Source of the DNA: Takakia lepidozioides
Taxonomy: Eukaryota > Plantae > Bryophyta
Length of the DNA stretch: 64,000 nucleotides
NCBI GenBank assembly: GCA_030704615.1
Contig: CM060733.1
Span: forward strand, 11,656,001 to 11,720,000
Direction: 5' to 3'
The notes beneath the pieces were generated by a model. That model saw nothing but the letters and a program-made list of their open reading frames with translations, was not told the DNA's origin and ran no database searches. The translations under genes were made by a program, and so were the position numbers. The stretch's first letter is position 1. Each line of letters starts with the position of its first letter. Positions 48,501-59,401 of the stretch are shown piece by piece.

Positions 48501-51500
48501 GCGGATTGTAGGGGCAAACGCTGTTGATCAAAACCAGGATATGACTGATGTTAATGCAGATTTTGTGCCTCTGGATATGGCCTTTGATAACACTACTGCT
48601 GCACTCCTTGCCTCACGGTTCTGGACCCACCAAGTGCTGCTTAATGAAACGCTTTTTGGATCATACTCAGTTGTATATGTCCGATACCCAGGTATGATGT
48701 TTGAACTCCATGAGCTGGGTAAAAGTGTTTTCAGCTTGGTCATAGTTGAAGCAATTCACAGAATCAGGAAGATAATGAAGAAGAAGAAGACACTCTTTTG
48801 TTTGAATTTCATTGAGACATTCCCTCTTGGAAAGTGGTCACTGTGAGAATCCATACCTCGCATCCTTAACTTTATTTGTGTATGCAAATAATCTAGTTTC
48901 CTCCACTGCAACATTTTGCTTTGGTCCTTTTCTCATCCATATTGTAACCCAAGCTAAGCTTGCATACTTATATCCACGTCATAGATACCCTATATTATGT
49001 CCATCAGTTTATTCATAGTGTAAGATAAGACGTCCACAAGTTTGCTTAATGTGTGCCAGTGGAGTCTACAAGCTACTTAACTTGTGTGAATCAATTTCCC
49101 TTTGTTTGCTTTGTGTCTTTCATGTAGGTCTTCCTCCCTCCCCTCCTTCACAGGCTCCTTCAGGGGGAAGCACCCCGCCACCAGGCGATGAGGTGGGGAG
49201 CCAGCGTCCAATTGGGGTTGACATCACCAACAGGAGTCACAGAATGAACAGTGTGTTTATTGCAGTGATTGCCTTAGCATCAGCCATGGGTGTGGTGATT
49301 TTTCTTGGAGCTATATGGTTACTGCTTCTGCGTTGCAGTCTCCGAAGAGGGTCTTCATCATCTGTTGAACCTATTCTTGCTGCTTCCAGCACCAAACGTC
49401 CAGGTACACTTTTTGCTCAATTGCACACAGGAAAGGGAGCACAAGGGTAAGTGAGGAAGAGTGAAGCCAGGAGTGTGGCACTCAATGCCTAGAGAAAGAA
49501 AGAGCAAGCTGCCTCTTTATCCTCATAGAAGGCTCTCTCTCTCTCAGAGACACACATGCCCAGAAGTTTTTGTTCTCTCTTCCTTTATCTGGCTTTGCAA
49601 GTGAAGGTGTCGCAGAACAGACTTTGCAAAACCCAATCACAGCTCTGGCAAGCCAGGAAATGCCAACTTTATTGTTGCAGTCAAATCACACATCCAACAA
49701 GCAGCCAGCCCCTCCCAAAAGGACGCAATAGGCAGAGGCCAAAGCACCGTCTGATGAGTCTTTCCCAGGCCACAGCAATTAAAACCTACTGCCTACATCT
49801 GTGCTTGGTTTTTTCCCTGAAGCGTAGTAAAGCTTTTCCCTGTCTCTGACAAATCTTAGTTTGTAATCTGTGCAGGAGGTTCAATCTTGTCGGGCAGCAT
49901 TGCCAGTTCCACATCCATCTCATTTGCATCAAGTATGGCAGCATACACAGGCACTGCAAAATCATTCTCCCTAGCAGAGCTAGAGAGAGCAACTGAAAAT
50001 TTCAAGCCTGAGAACATTGTGGGAGAAGGAGGATTTGGAAGGGTCTATCAGGGGCTGCTAGATGACAGCTTGCCAGTGGCTGTCAAAGTGTTGACCCGTG
50101 ACGATCAGCAAGGGGGACGTGAGTTTGTTGCAGAAGTAGAGATGCTGAGTAGGTTGCACCATCGCAACCTTGTGAAGCTGATTGGTATCTGTACAGAAGA
50201 TCACATGCGCTGCTTGGTCTACGAGCTTATTCCCAATGGCAGTGTTGAATCACATTTGCATGGTATAATCCACCTTACACTGGATCATGACATGTTCAAT
50301 TCTTGCTGAATGTTTGAACTTCCTCTACCCCCTTGCAGGCTCGATTAGAATCCTCAATATAACAAAGTAAAAGCCATTAGATAACTTTGGGCAATGATTA
50401 TATAACTTGACCTTGTCAGCCTTTGTTACTGTGCAACAATTTAGGGCAAGGACAGAGTAGCGGTGGCGTCATTTGCTTATTAGGATGCGATTCAACTCTG
50501 TGAGGACACACCTTTACAGTACCAGAGTCAGGTAGGGAGGCTGGAGGAGCTGTTTGAAGGTGCTATGATCAGACTAGACAATTCTGTCTGTTGTCCATGA
50601 TGATTGCTTTGGTGAAGTCTCTGGAGAAACCCCATAATCCATGAAGGCAGTTGTCTGCGTGGGTGAATCTTGCAGTTACAAAATGTGAAACAGCCACATT
50701 GAGCGCCATTGGTGCTGCCCAGTTAACTTCTCTCTCTAATGTTGGCACTACTGAAGTTTATGTTATCAGCCATCTGTGCTATCCTGTGGTACAGAACAAA
50801 CACATTAGCTTCTATGATACCAGCTCCCTGGTGGTGATGTGGCACAACCCATCCTCTAGAAACTGATGATGATAGCTGATGATTGACCTCTCTTCTCAGC
50901 AGGTGCAGACATGCTCACTGCCCCTCTGGACTGGGAGGCACGTGTGAAGATAGCACTGGGTGCTGCACGGGGTCTTGCCTACTTGCATGAGGATTCGAAC
51001 CCAAGAGTAATTCATCGCGACTTTAAAGCTAGCAACATCTTGCTTGAGGATGATTTCACTCCCAAGGTATCTGATTTTGGGTTGGCTAAGGCAGCAGCTG
51101 AGGGAGGTGGCAGCGAGCACATCTCCACACGAGTAATGGGAACTTTTGGGTGAGTTTCCTTCCATTTGTTTTCATGTTTTCGCAATCTGGACACAACTGG
51201 TATTTATATGCACATGACCAACAGCTGGACCTTTTTGCAAGTGATGGAATGCATGCAGGTATTATTGATCCCAAGTCTTTGATGTTATGTCAGAGTTGTC
51301 ACTGTGGGCTCCCATTGGCATACATACAAGCAGATATGTATAACAGAATAAGACATGCAAGCCCTTCCCATGCTTTTTGGGTATTTAGTCTTACACGCGC
51401 TTTGCTTGTTTGAGGGCAGAGCTGGTGTTACTGTGGCTTTTCTCTCTTCTATGTTAATTTGGCTGTTTTGGTGGTTGGCCTGGCCACCCTCCCATTTATG

Positions 51501-52523
51501 CTACAGTAAGGTTCCCTCTCTGGTTGCTAAGCACATCTAGTGGGTGCTCTCTACTGCTATGTGCAAGCAAGGAGCTGGTCGTTAGGCGCATTCTAGTAAT
51601 TGCATTTCTCTTTGTATGAAGCAAGGAGCCAAAGCACTTTGTGGCCTACCTCCTCAAGGCACTTCGTCTTGTACAAGACTAGATTTATTTCAGTTCTTTG
51701 TTTGTTCTACCCTGTTCCATCAGCCCTTGTGACCCTCTCTGAATGTTACAACGTTTCTTTCTTTCTTTCTTTCTTGAACTTTTCGACATTTGTGTTCAGG
51801 TATGTGGCTCCTGAATATGCAATGACGGGGCATCTGCTGGTGAAGAGCGATGTTTACAGCTATGGAGTTGTGTTGCTTGAGCTTCTTTCTGGCCGAAAGC
51901 CGGTGGACATGTCTCAACCACCCGGACAGGAGAATCTGGTCACATGGGCACGCCCACTGCTTATAAGTAAAGAAGGGTTGGAGCTACTAGTTGATCCAGC
52001 CCTAGAGGGCAATTTCCCCTTTGACAATTTCGCAAGAGTGGCTGCCATAGCTTCGATGTGTGTACAACCTGAAGTATCACACCGGCCTTTCATGGGGGAA
52101 GTTGTGCAAGCCTTGAAACTAGTATACAACGACTCGGATGCAAGTGACTCTGGTCCTGGAGAAGATTCTCCAACCCCGCTTAAAAAAGGGGCAGGCCATG
52201 ACCCACGGTCACTGTTTTTGCCTGACAATTCATTTATTAGTGTTGATTATGACTCAGGCCCGCTAAATCGGCAGGACCTTGAGCAAGGGCGGCCTCTCTC
52301 TGCCTCAGCAGTGTTGACAGGTTCCGGGCGCTTTATTCGGCAGCTCTCAGGTTCTTTCCGGCGTCACAGTGCCTCGGGCCCCCTGAAGACATCCACAGGA
52401 AGCAAGCCGCCAGCATGGTACAGATTCGGGGGCCCAAAGGGCGGTACTAGGAGTGAGCATGATGGTGTTGGTAGATATCACAGACCTGGAGTGCGAAGGG
52501 ACTTTTATGGGTTATGGCCATGA
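45562..52523 (+). CDS. ALE2: ALE2-like receptor-like Ser/Thr kinase; join(45562..45643,46199..46804,47046..47123,48323..48691,49128..49403,49876..50262,50903..51149,51800..52523)
   Basis: Signal peptide ([17 protein letters not shown]); Pro-rich region; [12 protein letters not shown] ectodomain; TM helix; kinase motifs [25 protein letters not shown]|YVAPE. All introns are GT-AG and phase-compatible; the 5' exons are less certain. Confidence 0.9.
47159..47446. mobile_element. hAT-type MITE in ALE2 intron 3
   Basis: CAGTGTTTTT...AAAAACCCACTG termini with a perfect 8-bp TSD GCTTGAAG on both sides. Confidence 0.9.
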
Positions 52524-53799
52524 GGCTTTCAAATTGCTTGTGCCTGGCTGTTTGATATGAGATGGGGCATGATTGTGTTTTTCTCAATAGACAACACCTC
52601 TGACCTTACAGGGGGAATTTGTGAACATTATGCATTCTGTGTTAAAACCCTCTGTCGGTTTGTCGAGCTCGGAGAGGACGGGCGGTTGGCAGCTACAAGC
52701 ACTTGGCACTGGTGTACGTTAGCATGTTAGTCTCACCATTTATGAATGAAATGGTTCCTTGGGATCCATAATAAACTCTTTAGAACTAGTTTTTGTAGAC
52801 TCTTGCTCTAGGTGCTGGATTGCACCCGGTGAAAAATATAACTCAGTGGGCATATTCCCAAACAGTACCATTGTTTCTTAGATTTATGGTCCATCCTTGT
52901 GCTCCAGCAAAAGTGAATGCAGGGTGTTCTGTCCCCAGACAGGTTCACCATTCAGCAATCAGAGCAAGCAGTACATTTGGACATGATCTCTTTGTCTGGA
53001 TGATATGATGGGTCTAATCATTTTGTTTTGGTTGCCCTAATTGTGGCAGCTGTAGATTTGCTTGGATGTGCGGGCTATGTGCTAGCAGCCATATAGACAA
53101 GCCTCAAACGGCAATTGGCTCTCTTGCTTTGCTTTGGCACAACAGGAATGCAAGACTCGGGAATTAAAATTGAAACACAACGTAAGGTACTTGACCACAT
53201 TTTCTCCATTGACTTGCATGTCTCCGCAAAGTCTCTCTCTACAAGAGAACCAAAAAAACCACTCTATTTGGGCTCAACATGGCTGGAACAACAGAAGTCT
53301 GCCTTAAGAAAGTTGAGGGGAAAGAGAAAGAAGCCGTCCATGAGTACTAAGCATTTTCAAGGCTTCCAACTTGGGGTAATTTCCACTGTTGGGCGGTTAC
53401 CAACCTGGGCCCTGGTTAACAGGCTATTCCTACAGAACTGGACTCCCATCCAGAACCAGGGTTTAGGGGATAGTTATATGTTGTGATGAAAACTAACCAA
53501 GAGACGGTTCCAGATCCGATTCTGTTTTTATTTTATTGAGGCGTTCCGGTCTGGTTCCGGTTCCAACTTTTAAACATGGTGGTTCCAGTTACTGGTTAGT
53601 CGCTGAGATCAAAACATCGGTTCAACTTACATTTGCGTTCTGTTATCAGAATGTGACTATTTGATATATATTATTATTATTGATTTCTTATTATTACTTA
53701 TCAGTCTGGTCGACAAACTGGTTGGCACATTAAATATTCAGATATTTCAACCAGGGCGTTTATTGGCTCCTCTTCTTTCTAAAGAGGAGTCTATGCATA

Positions 53800-55491
53800 T
53801 GTGAGACCAAATGAAGTCCCAACACACAAAATACAAATATAAATATCCAAAATGTCCTAGTTAACTAGAAGTAGGTAATTCTAGTTAACCATGACTAAAA
53901 CCATGACAGTTGTCGTGCACCTAAGCATCGTGCCACAACATACATCGTTGTCCACCATACATTCTAAGCACACAATCTTAGAAAGCTATGCCACAATCGC
54001 CCCCCTAGCTAGTGATTAGGTCCCTCTAACACCGGATAGCTGACAAGTATCCATCTCAATAAGATCATCGCTTGGTCTTCAATCGCACATGTCCCAATTT
54101 TTTAAAATATATGGATCAAGAGGCCAGGTGCAACGAGAGCCCCATCGTTAATCGTCTGCTTACAATCCATGATCTTCAATTGAGTATCCATGGCGTTGAG
54201 CTCCTACCAGCTAGACCTTGGATCACTTGGCAACTCCACCATTGTCATACCCACTACCTATGTCCAAGGCATCATAGACACAACCATTCTCCACTAGGAA
54301 CCTCCTCAAGTGGCGGTATCAAGCATCCGATGTGCCACCCCCTTGAGCATTTGTCACACACCAACATGGTTGCGGCACCACCAGCATGCCCACATATCAT
54401 GCAACGCAACCCTGCATGTACCACTGCAAGGTTGGGATCTATCCTCCCATCCACATGTGGAAGGTGACATGGTGCACAATTGTGCACATGGTCCTTCCAT
54501 ACCATTCCATCTCGATCCTCCAGAATCAACACTCCTGAAGGCAACACCTCCCGGACCCTTAGAATCACACGTCCTGCTGTGACATCCAAAGTCGTAGGCG
54601 CTCTCTGCTGTAGATACACATAGTCCCCAGGGTGGAAACGCCGAACACCTGGCCGATATCTTCCTCCACGTATAGTGGCGTACCTCAATGTGTCTCGGTG
54701 TTGGGCAATAGCAAGGTTCTCAAAAGCCATAGTCATGACTCTCTTGAACAACTCTGCCTGCTGGACACATGCTTGTGTCCACGCATCCAGATCATCAAGA
54801 TTGAGGACTACTGCAGTCTCCTTGCGAATAGATGCAGACAAATCTGGCTCTTGGCCAAAGAGAAGGAAATAAGGCGAGAACGAGGCAAGTGATGTTTGTT
54901 TGCTAAACCTGTAGCCCATGGCCAACCAAGATAGCTGAAGGTCCCAATCTCCTAAGTGTCACTTCTGCAAGCCATACTTGCGCAAGCCTCGCTTGACTGT
55001 TTGTACAACCCTCTCTGCCAGGCCATCAGCCTCGGGATGATCCCGAGAAGTAGTGCGGTGATCTATCAAGGCTTGCTCACACAAAGCCTGAAAACTCCCC
55101 CAAGAACTCTCTCCCCTGGTCCGTGAGTACCTCGTCTGGAGCACCAAATTGGCTAAGCACTCGATCTAAGAATACATACGCAGCCCCCTCACTTGCCTTG
55201 TCAGGCAATGCCACCAGTTCAATCCACTTGGAGAAATGTTCCACCATCACCAGCACATACAGTGTTATGGCGAATCGTTAGTGGCAATGGGCCTGCGAAG
55301 TCAAGACTCCAACGATAGCCCAAACCCATAATGGGTAAAGGATGCAATTGTGGAGTAGGTGCATTGAAAGAAGCCTGCACTTTATCACACACCATGCACC
55401 TTGCCACTAACTGTTGCACATCAGTGTACATTTCCCGCCACCAGTACTGTCTTTGCAGCAAACTATGAGTGCGCCGCACCCCAAAATGTCC
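53800..55491 (-). mobile_element. Older Ty3/gypsy copy (same lineage): integrase-PHD, PPT and 3' LTR, truncated by the younger element
   Basis: Frameshifted integrase highly similar to the 56225-59242 ORF; PHD CMIC..CDKC..HIGC..WLCL*C; PPT AGGGGGGCGAT then TGTGGCA at 53995. The LTR left boundary (~53800) is tentative. Confidence 0.85.
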
Positions 55492-56019
55492 TGTCGTGCG
55501 CATACGTATCGCTACACAACTACATCACTGTCCAAACCACACCACACATATATGCACAATAAAGTAGTCTGCCACAATGATAATAAAACTAGAAAACACA
55601 CTGCTCACACCAGAAACAACATGAATCCATCGCTATCACTCTTTAAAACAGAAGTCGAGCCAGGGGCACCCCAAGCTATAGGGACTACACCCCACAACAA
55701 CCTACACTCTCATCATAAGCACACTCAAATCTAAACGCAAGAAGGAGCTCGGTCGCGCAGGCTCAACTCGAGAGAGATGAGCTGCGCGACTGCCGCTCTC
55801 GTGAAGATAAGACGGTTCAGGTGTCAAACTAAACTTGACACCTGACTTAACACTTGACCTAAATCCAAGTGTTAAATACAAATAACTAGCTTTATTCTAG
55901 TCATTTTCACACTGTGCTTATTTAACTTGACAGCTGTCGTGCGCATACGTATCGCTACACAACTACATCGCTGTCCAAACCACACCACACATATATGCAC
56001 AATAAAGTAGTCTGCCACA
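55492..56019 (-). repeat. 3' LTR of the DNMT-carrying element, with an ~85-bp direct repeat at both ends
   Basis: Starts TGTGGCA right after PPT AGGGGGACGAT and ends CACGACA at the junction with the older integrase. 55492-55576 is nearly identical to 55935-56019. Confidence 0.75.
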
Positions 56020-56224
56020 ATCGTCCCCCTAGCTGGTGGATAGGTCCCTCTACCTCCAGATAGCTACAAGATGTAATAGCCACAGCCGTACTAAGTCCTC
56101 TATCACTGTCCCTATTGTACTCAAACTCTATAGACCAAGAGGCCGGGTACAAGAGTAGCCCCATCGTTAGTCGCCGTCTTGCAATCTGTGAACTTGAGCC
56201 AGGACCTCGTGTGTTCAAGGTCTC

Positions 56225-59200
56225 CTAGTAGCTGGGCCTTGCGTTTCTTGTTAGCCTTCCATGGTTGTATCCACTCCCACTATCCAATGCAATGTCCCCA
56301 TCCGGAACCATCTCAAGAGGTGGAGTCAAGCATCCCATATGCCAACCTCTAGAGCATCGATCACACACCAGCATGGTGGCTGCCCCTTTAGCAGACCCAC
56401 ACAACATGCACCTCAAACCTGCAGATACCACTGCCAGGTTTGGGTCAATCCTGCCATCGACATTCGGAAGGTGACATGGCGCACAATTACGCACATGGTC
56501 CTTCCAAGTTATGCCATCCCGACCCTCCAAGACCAAGACGCCTGAGGGCAAGACCTCTCGAACCCTCAAAATAACACGTCCTGCAGTCACATCCAGGGTC
56601 GTAGGAGCAGTCTGCTGCAGATAGACATAGTCACCAGGGTTGAATCTCCGAACCCCAGGACGATAGCCCCCACCACGTATGGTAGCATACCTCAACGTAT
56701 CACGGTGTTGTGCAATGGCAAGGTTCTCGAAAGCCATGGGCATGACTCTCTTGAACAACTCTGCACGCTGCTCACATGCACGTGCCCACACGTCCGGATC
56801 GTCAAGGTTAAGAACTGTAGCAGCTTCTCTGCGAATGGATGTAGGCAAATCCGGCTCTCGGCCAAAGAGAAGAAAGTATGGTGAGAAGGAGGCAAGTGAT
56901 GCTTGCTTGCTGAACCTGTAGCCCATGGCTAACCAGGGTAACTGAAGGTCCCAATCTCCTAGGTGTCCCTTCTGCAAGCCATACTTGCGCAAACCCCTCT
57001 TTACTGTCTGAACAACTCTCTCTGCCAAGCCATCGGCCTCAGGATGATCCCGAGAAGTGGTGCGGTGGTCTATCAAGGCCTTGTCACACAAAGCCTGAAA
57101 CTCCCCCAAGAACTCTCTCCCTTGGTCCGTGAGTACCTCAGCTGGAGCACCGAATCGGCTAAGCACACAATCCAAGAATGCATACGCAGCTCCCTCACTA
57201 GCCTTATCAGGCAATGGAACCAATTCAATCCACTTGGAGAAGTGCTCCACCATCACCAACACGTACTTGTTGTGGCGCATGGTCAGTGGCAACGGCCCTG
57301 CGAAGTCAAGACTCCACCTGTAGCCCAATCCCATGATCGGAAGAGGGTGCAATTGTGGAGTAGGGGCGTTGAATGAAGCACGCACCCTGTCACACACCAT
57401 GCACCTAGCCACAAATTGTTGCACCTCTGTGTGCATACCACGCCACCAATACTGCCCCTGCAGTAGACTATGAGTGCGTCGCACCCCAAAATGCCCCAAC
57501 TCCTCATGGGCATGCCGCACTAACCGTGCCCGCTGTGTTGGGTGAGGCACAATCCTCACTCGACCATCCTCCCACACTCGGAGCAGGTGTGTCCCCTCCC
57601 ACTTGAACCTCTTGGCTCGTTGTAGGATCCGATCCCTCTCCTTGGCAGTCACAGTGGCTGCAGTGTCTCCAGTGCGGAGGTAGTCCAACACAACTGAATC
57701 CTCATGTATATCTTTGGCGCCACCTTGCTCATTGCTGGCCTCAGGGTCCTCAGACACTTGATCTACAGTCATCCCTGTTGCAGGTCCAACCTGGCCTTCC
57801 GCTGCCAAGATACACAGAAATGCAGATGCATGCCATCCGGGCACCATCTCCTCGTCCGTCTCACCATGCCACCGAGCTCCAGTGTCATCCTGCTGGCTCG
57901 TGCATGGATTGCGACTCAACCCATCTGCATTGCGATTGACCAAACCCGGTCGATGCACCACCTGAAAGTCATACTCTTGAAGGATGAGTGCCCACCGTGC
58001 AAGCTTCCCCGTAAGCTTGTCTGACTCCATCAACCACTTGAGTGGTTGGTGATCCGTGACAAGGGTGAAGAGATTGCCGTATAGATAGCACCTGAAGTGT
58101 GCCACGGCCCACACTGCAGCTAAGCATTCTCCCTCATATGAGCTATACTTAGACTCTGCAGCATTGTTCGAGCGGCTAGCATAAGCCACTACGAACTCTC
58201 TTCCCTCATCATCCACCTGTGTGAGCACCGCTCCAAGCCCCAGCATGCTCCAATCTGTATGCAGCTGAAAAGGACGCCCCCTGATAGGTCGTCTCAAGAT
58301 GGGCGCCGAGGTCAACCTCGCCTTGAGCTCTTGAAAAGCTTGTTCTTGCTCATCTTCCCACTGCCACTCCTGGTCCACCTTGGTCAGCTTGGTTAGAGCC
58401 TTTGCAATGGCACTAAATCCCTTAACAAACCGTCTGTAATAGTTTGCTAACCCCATGAAAGCTCGAACTCGGCTCACATCCGTGGGGCGTGGAACCTGTG
58501 CAATGGACTCTACCTTAGTCTGCTGTACCCCCAATCCTCCAGGATATATCATGTGACCCAGATACTCAATCTGGTTGTGGAAAAACTTGCACTTTCCCGG
58601 ATGTAACTTCAATCCGTGCGTCCTCAAGCGCTCAAATACCCCCTGAAGGTGTCTCTCATGCTCCTCCACCGTAGCACTAAAGATGATGATGTCATCTATG
58701 TAGCACCGAGCAAACTCCACCCCTGCTAGAATCCTGTCCATGACTCTTTGAAACTCAGCGGGAGCGTTTTTAAGCCCAAATGGTAAGAACCGCCACTGGT
58801 ATAGGCAATCCTTCCCGTGCTCATTGATCCCCCAGAATGCCGTCTTTTGCTTATCCGCCTCCTTGATCGGCAACTGGTGATATCCGGATCGTAAATCCAA
58901 CGTGCTAAAGACCTTGGAATGCCCAATGGCATCAAAGATCTCCTCTGGTGTCGGCATGGCATACCTATCGGACTTGGTCTGACGATTTACAGGCCGGTAA
59001 TCACCGCACATACGTCTCTCCGTCCAATTGCCATAGACATCCTTCTTGGCTGGCATCACTGTGGCTGAAGCATACTCTCCACCAGAGAGCTCCACCAAAC
59101 CTGCCTCCCAGAGATCTTGAGTCCTCATCTGAATCAAAGACCTCTCCATGTCACTGTATCTATAGGGTCTCCGAAAGATTGGCGTGTCAGTGGCCAACTC

Positions 59201-59401
59201 AATACGGATCTCTTGACCCTTCAGTGCTCCCAAGTCCTTCAAACTGAAGGCAAAGCAATTCCTGTAAGCCCTCAGGAACCGCCGTATACGTCGTCTCTCT
59301 CCTCCGGTGACAATGGGTCCAATGTCAGGCTCCCAATTGTCCTCCGTAACTGCAACCTTAAGTCCAGTGGGCTTAGAGGTAGAGGACGCGTCCCGTGGTT
59401 G
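56225..59401 (-). CDS. pol: Pol: RT-RNaseH-integrase-PHD (PHD end disrupted)
   Basis: LDLRSGYHQ, YIDD, LHTDWS, HEELGHFG..CMVC, WSLDF, VLTDQG, GLAER; PHD CMLC..CDRC..HMGC. The frame is open from the TAG at 59402-59404. Confidence 0.95.
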   Translation of the reverse strand, partial: QPRDASSTSKPTGLKVAVTEDNWEPDIGPIVTGGERRRIRRFLRAYRNCFAFSLKDLGALKGQEIRIELATDTPIFRRPYRYSDMERSLIQMRTQDLWEAGLVELSGGEYASATVMPAKKDVYGNWTERRMCGDYRPVNRQTKSDRYAMPTPEEIFDAIGHSKVFSTLDLRSGYHQLPIKEADKQKTAFWGINEHGKDCLYQWRFLPFGLKNAPAEFQRVMDRILAGVEFARCYIDDIIIFSATVEEHERHLQGVFERLRTHGLKLHPGKCKFFHNQIEYLGHMIYPGGLGVQQTKVESIAQVPRPTDVSRVRAFMGLANYYRRFVKGFSAIAKALTKLTKVDQEWQWEDEQEQAFQELKARLTSAPILRRPIRGRPFQLHTDWSMLGLGAVLTQVDDEGREFVVAYASRSNNAAESKYSSYEGECLAAVWAVAHFRCYLYGNLFTLVTDHQPLKWLMESDKLTGKLARWALILQEYDFQVVHRPGLVNRNADGLSRNPCTSQQDDTGARWHGETDEEMVPGWHASAFLCILAAEGQVGPATGMTVDQVSEDPEASNEQGGAKDIHEDSVVLDYLRTGDTAATVTAKERDRILQRAKRFKWEGTHLLRVWEDGRVRIVPHPTQRARLVRHAHEELGHFGVRRTHSLLQGQYWWRGMHTEVQQFVARCMVCDRVRASFNAPTPQLHPLPIMGLGYRWSLDFAGPLPLTMRHNKYVLVMVEHFSKWIELVPLPDKASEGAAYAFLDCVLSRFGAPAEVLTDQGREFLGEFQALCDKALIDHRTTSRDHPEADGLAERVVQTVKRGLRKYGLQKGHLGDWDLQLPWLAMGYRFSKQASLASFSPYFLLFGREPDLPTSIRREAATVLNLDDPDVWARACEQRAELFKRVMPMAFENLAIAQHRDTLRYATIRGGGYRPGVRRFNPGDYVYLQQTAPTTLDVTAGRVILRVREVLPSGVLVLEGRDGITWKDHVRNCAPCHLPNVDGRIDPNLAVVSAGLRCMLCGSAKGAATMLVCDRCSRGWHMGCLTPPLEMVPDGDIALDSGSGYNHGRLTRNARPSY

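Noticed and set aside
55492-56019. TRIM element
   Set aside because: There is no internal PBS or PPT; the PPT lies outside and belongs to the large element.
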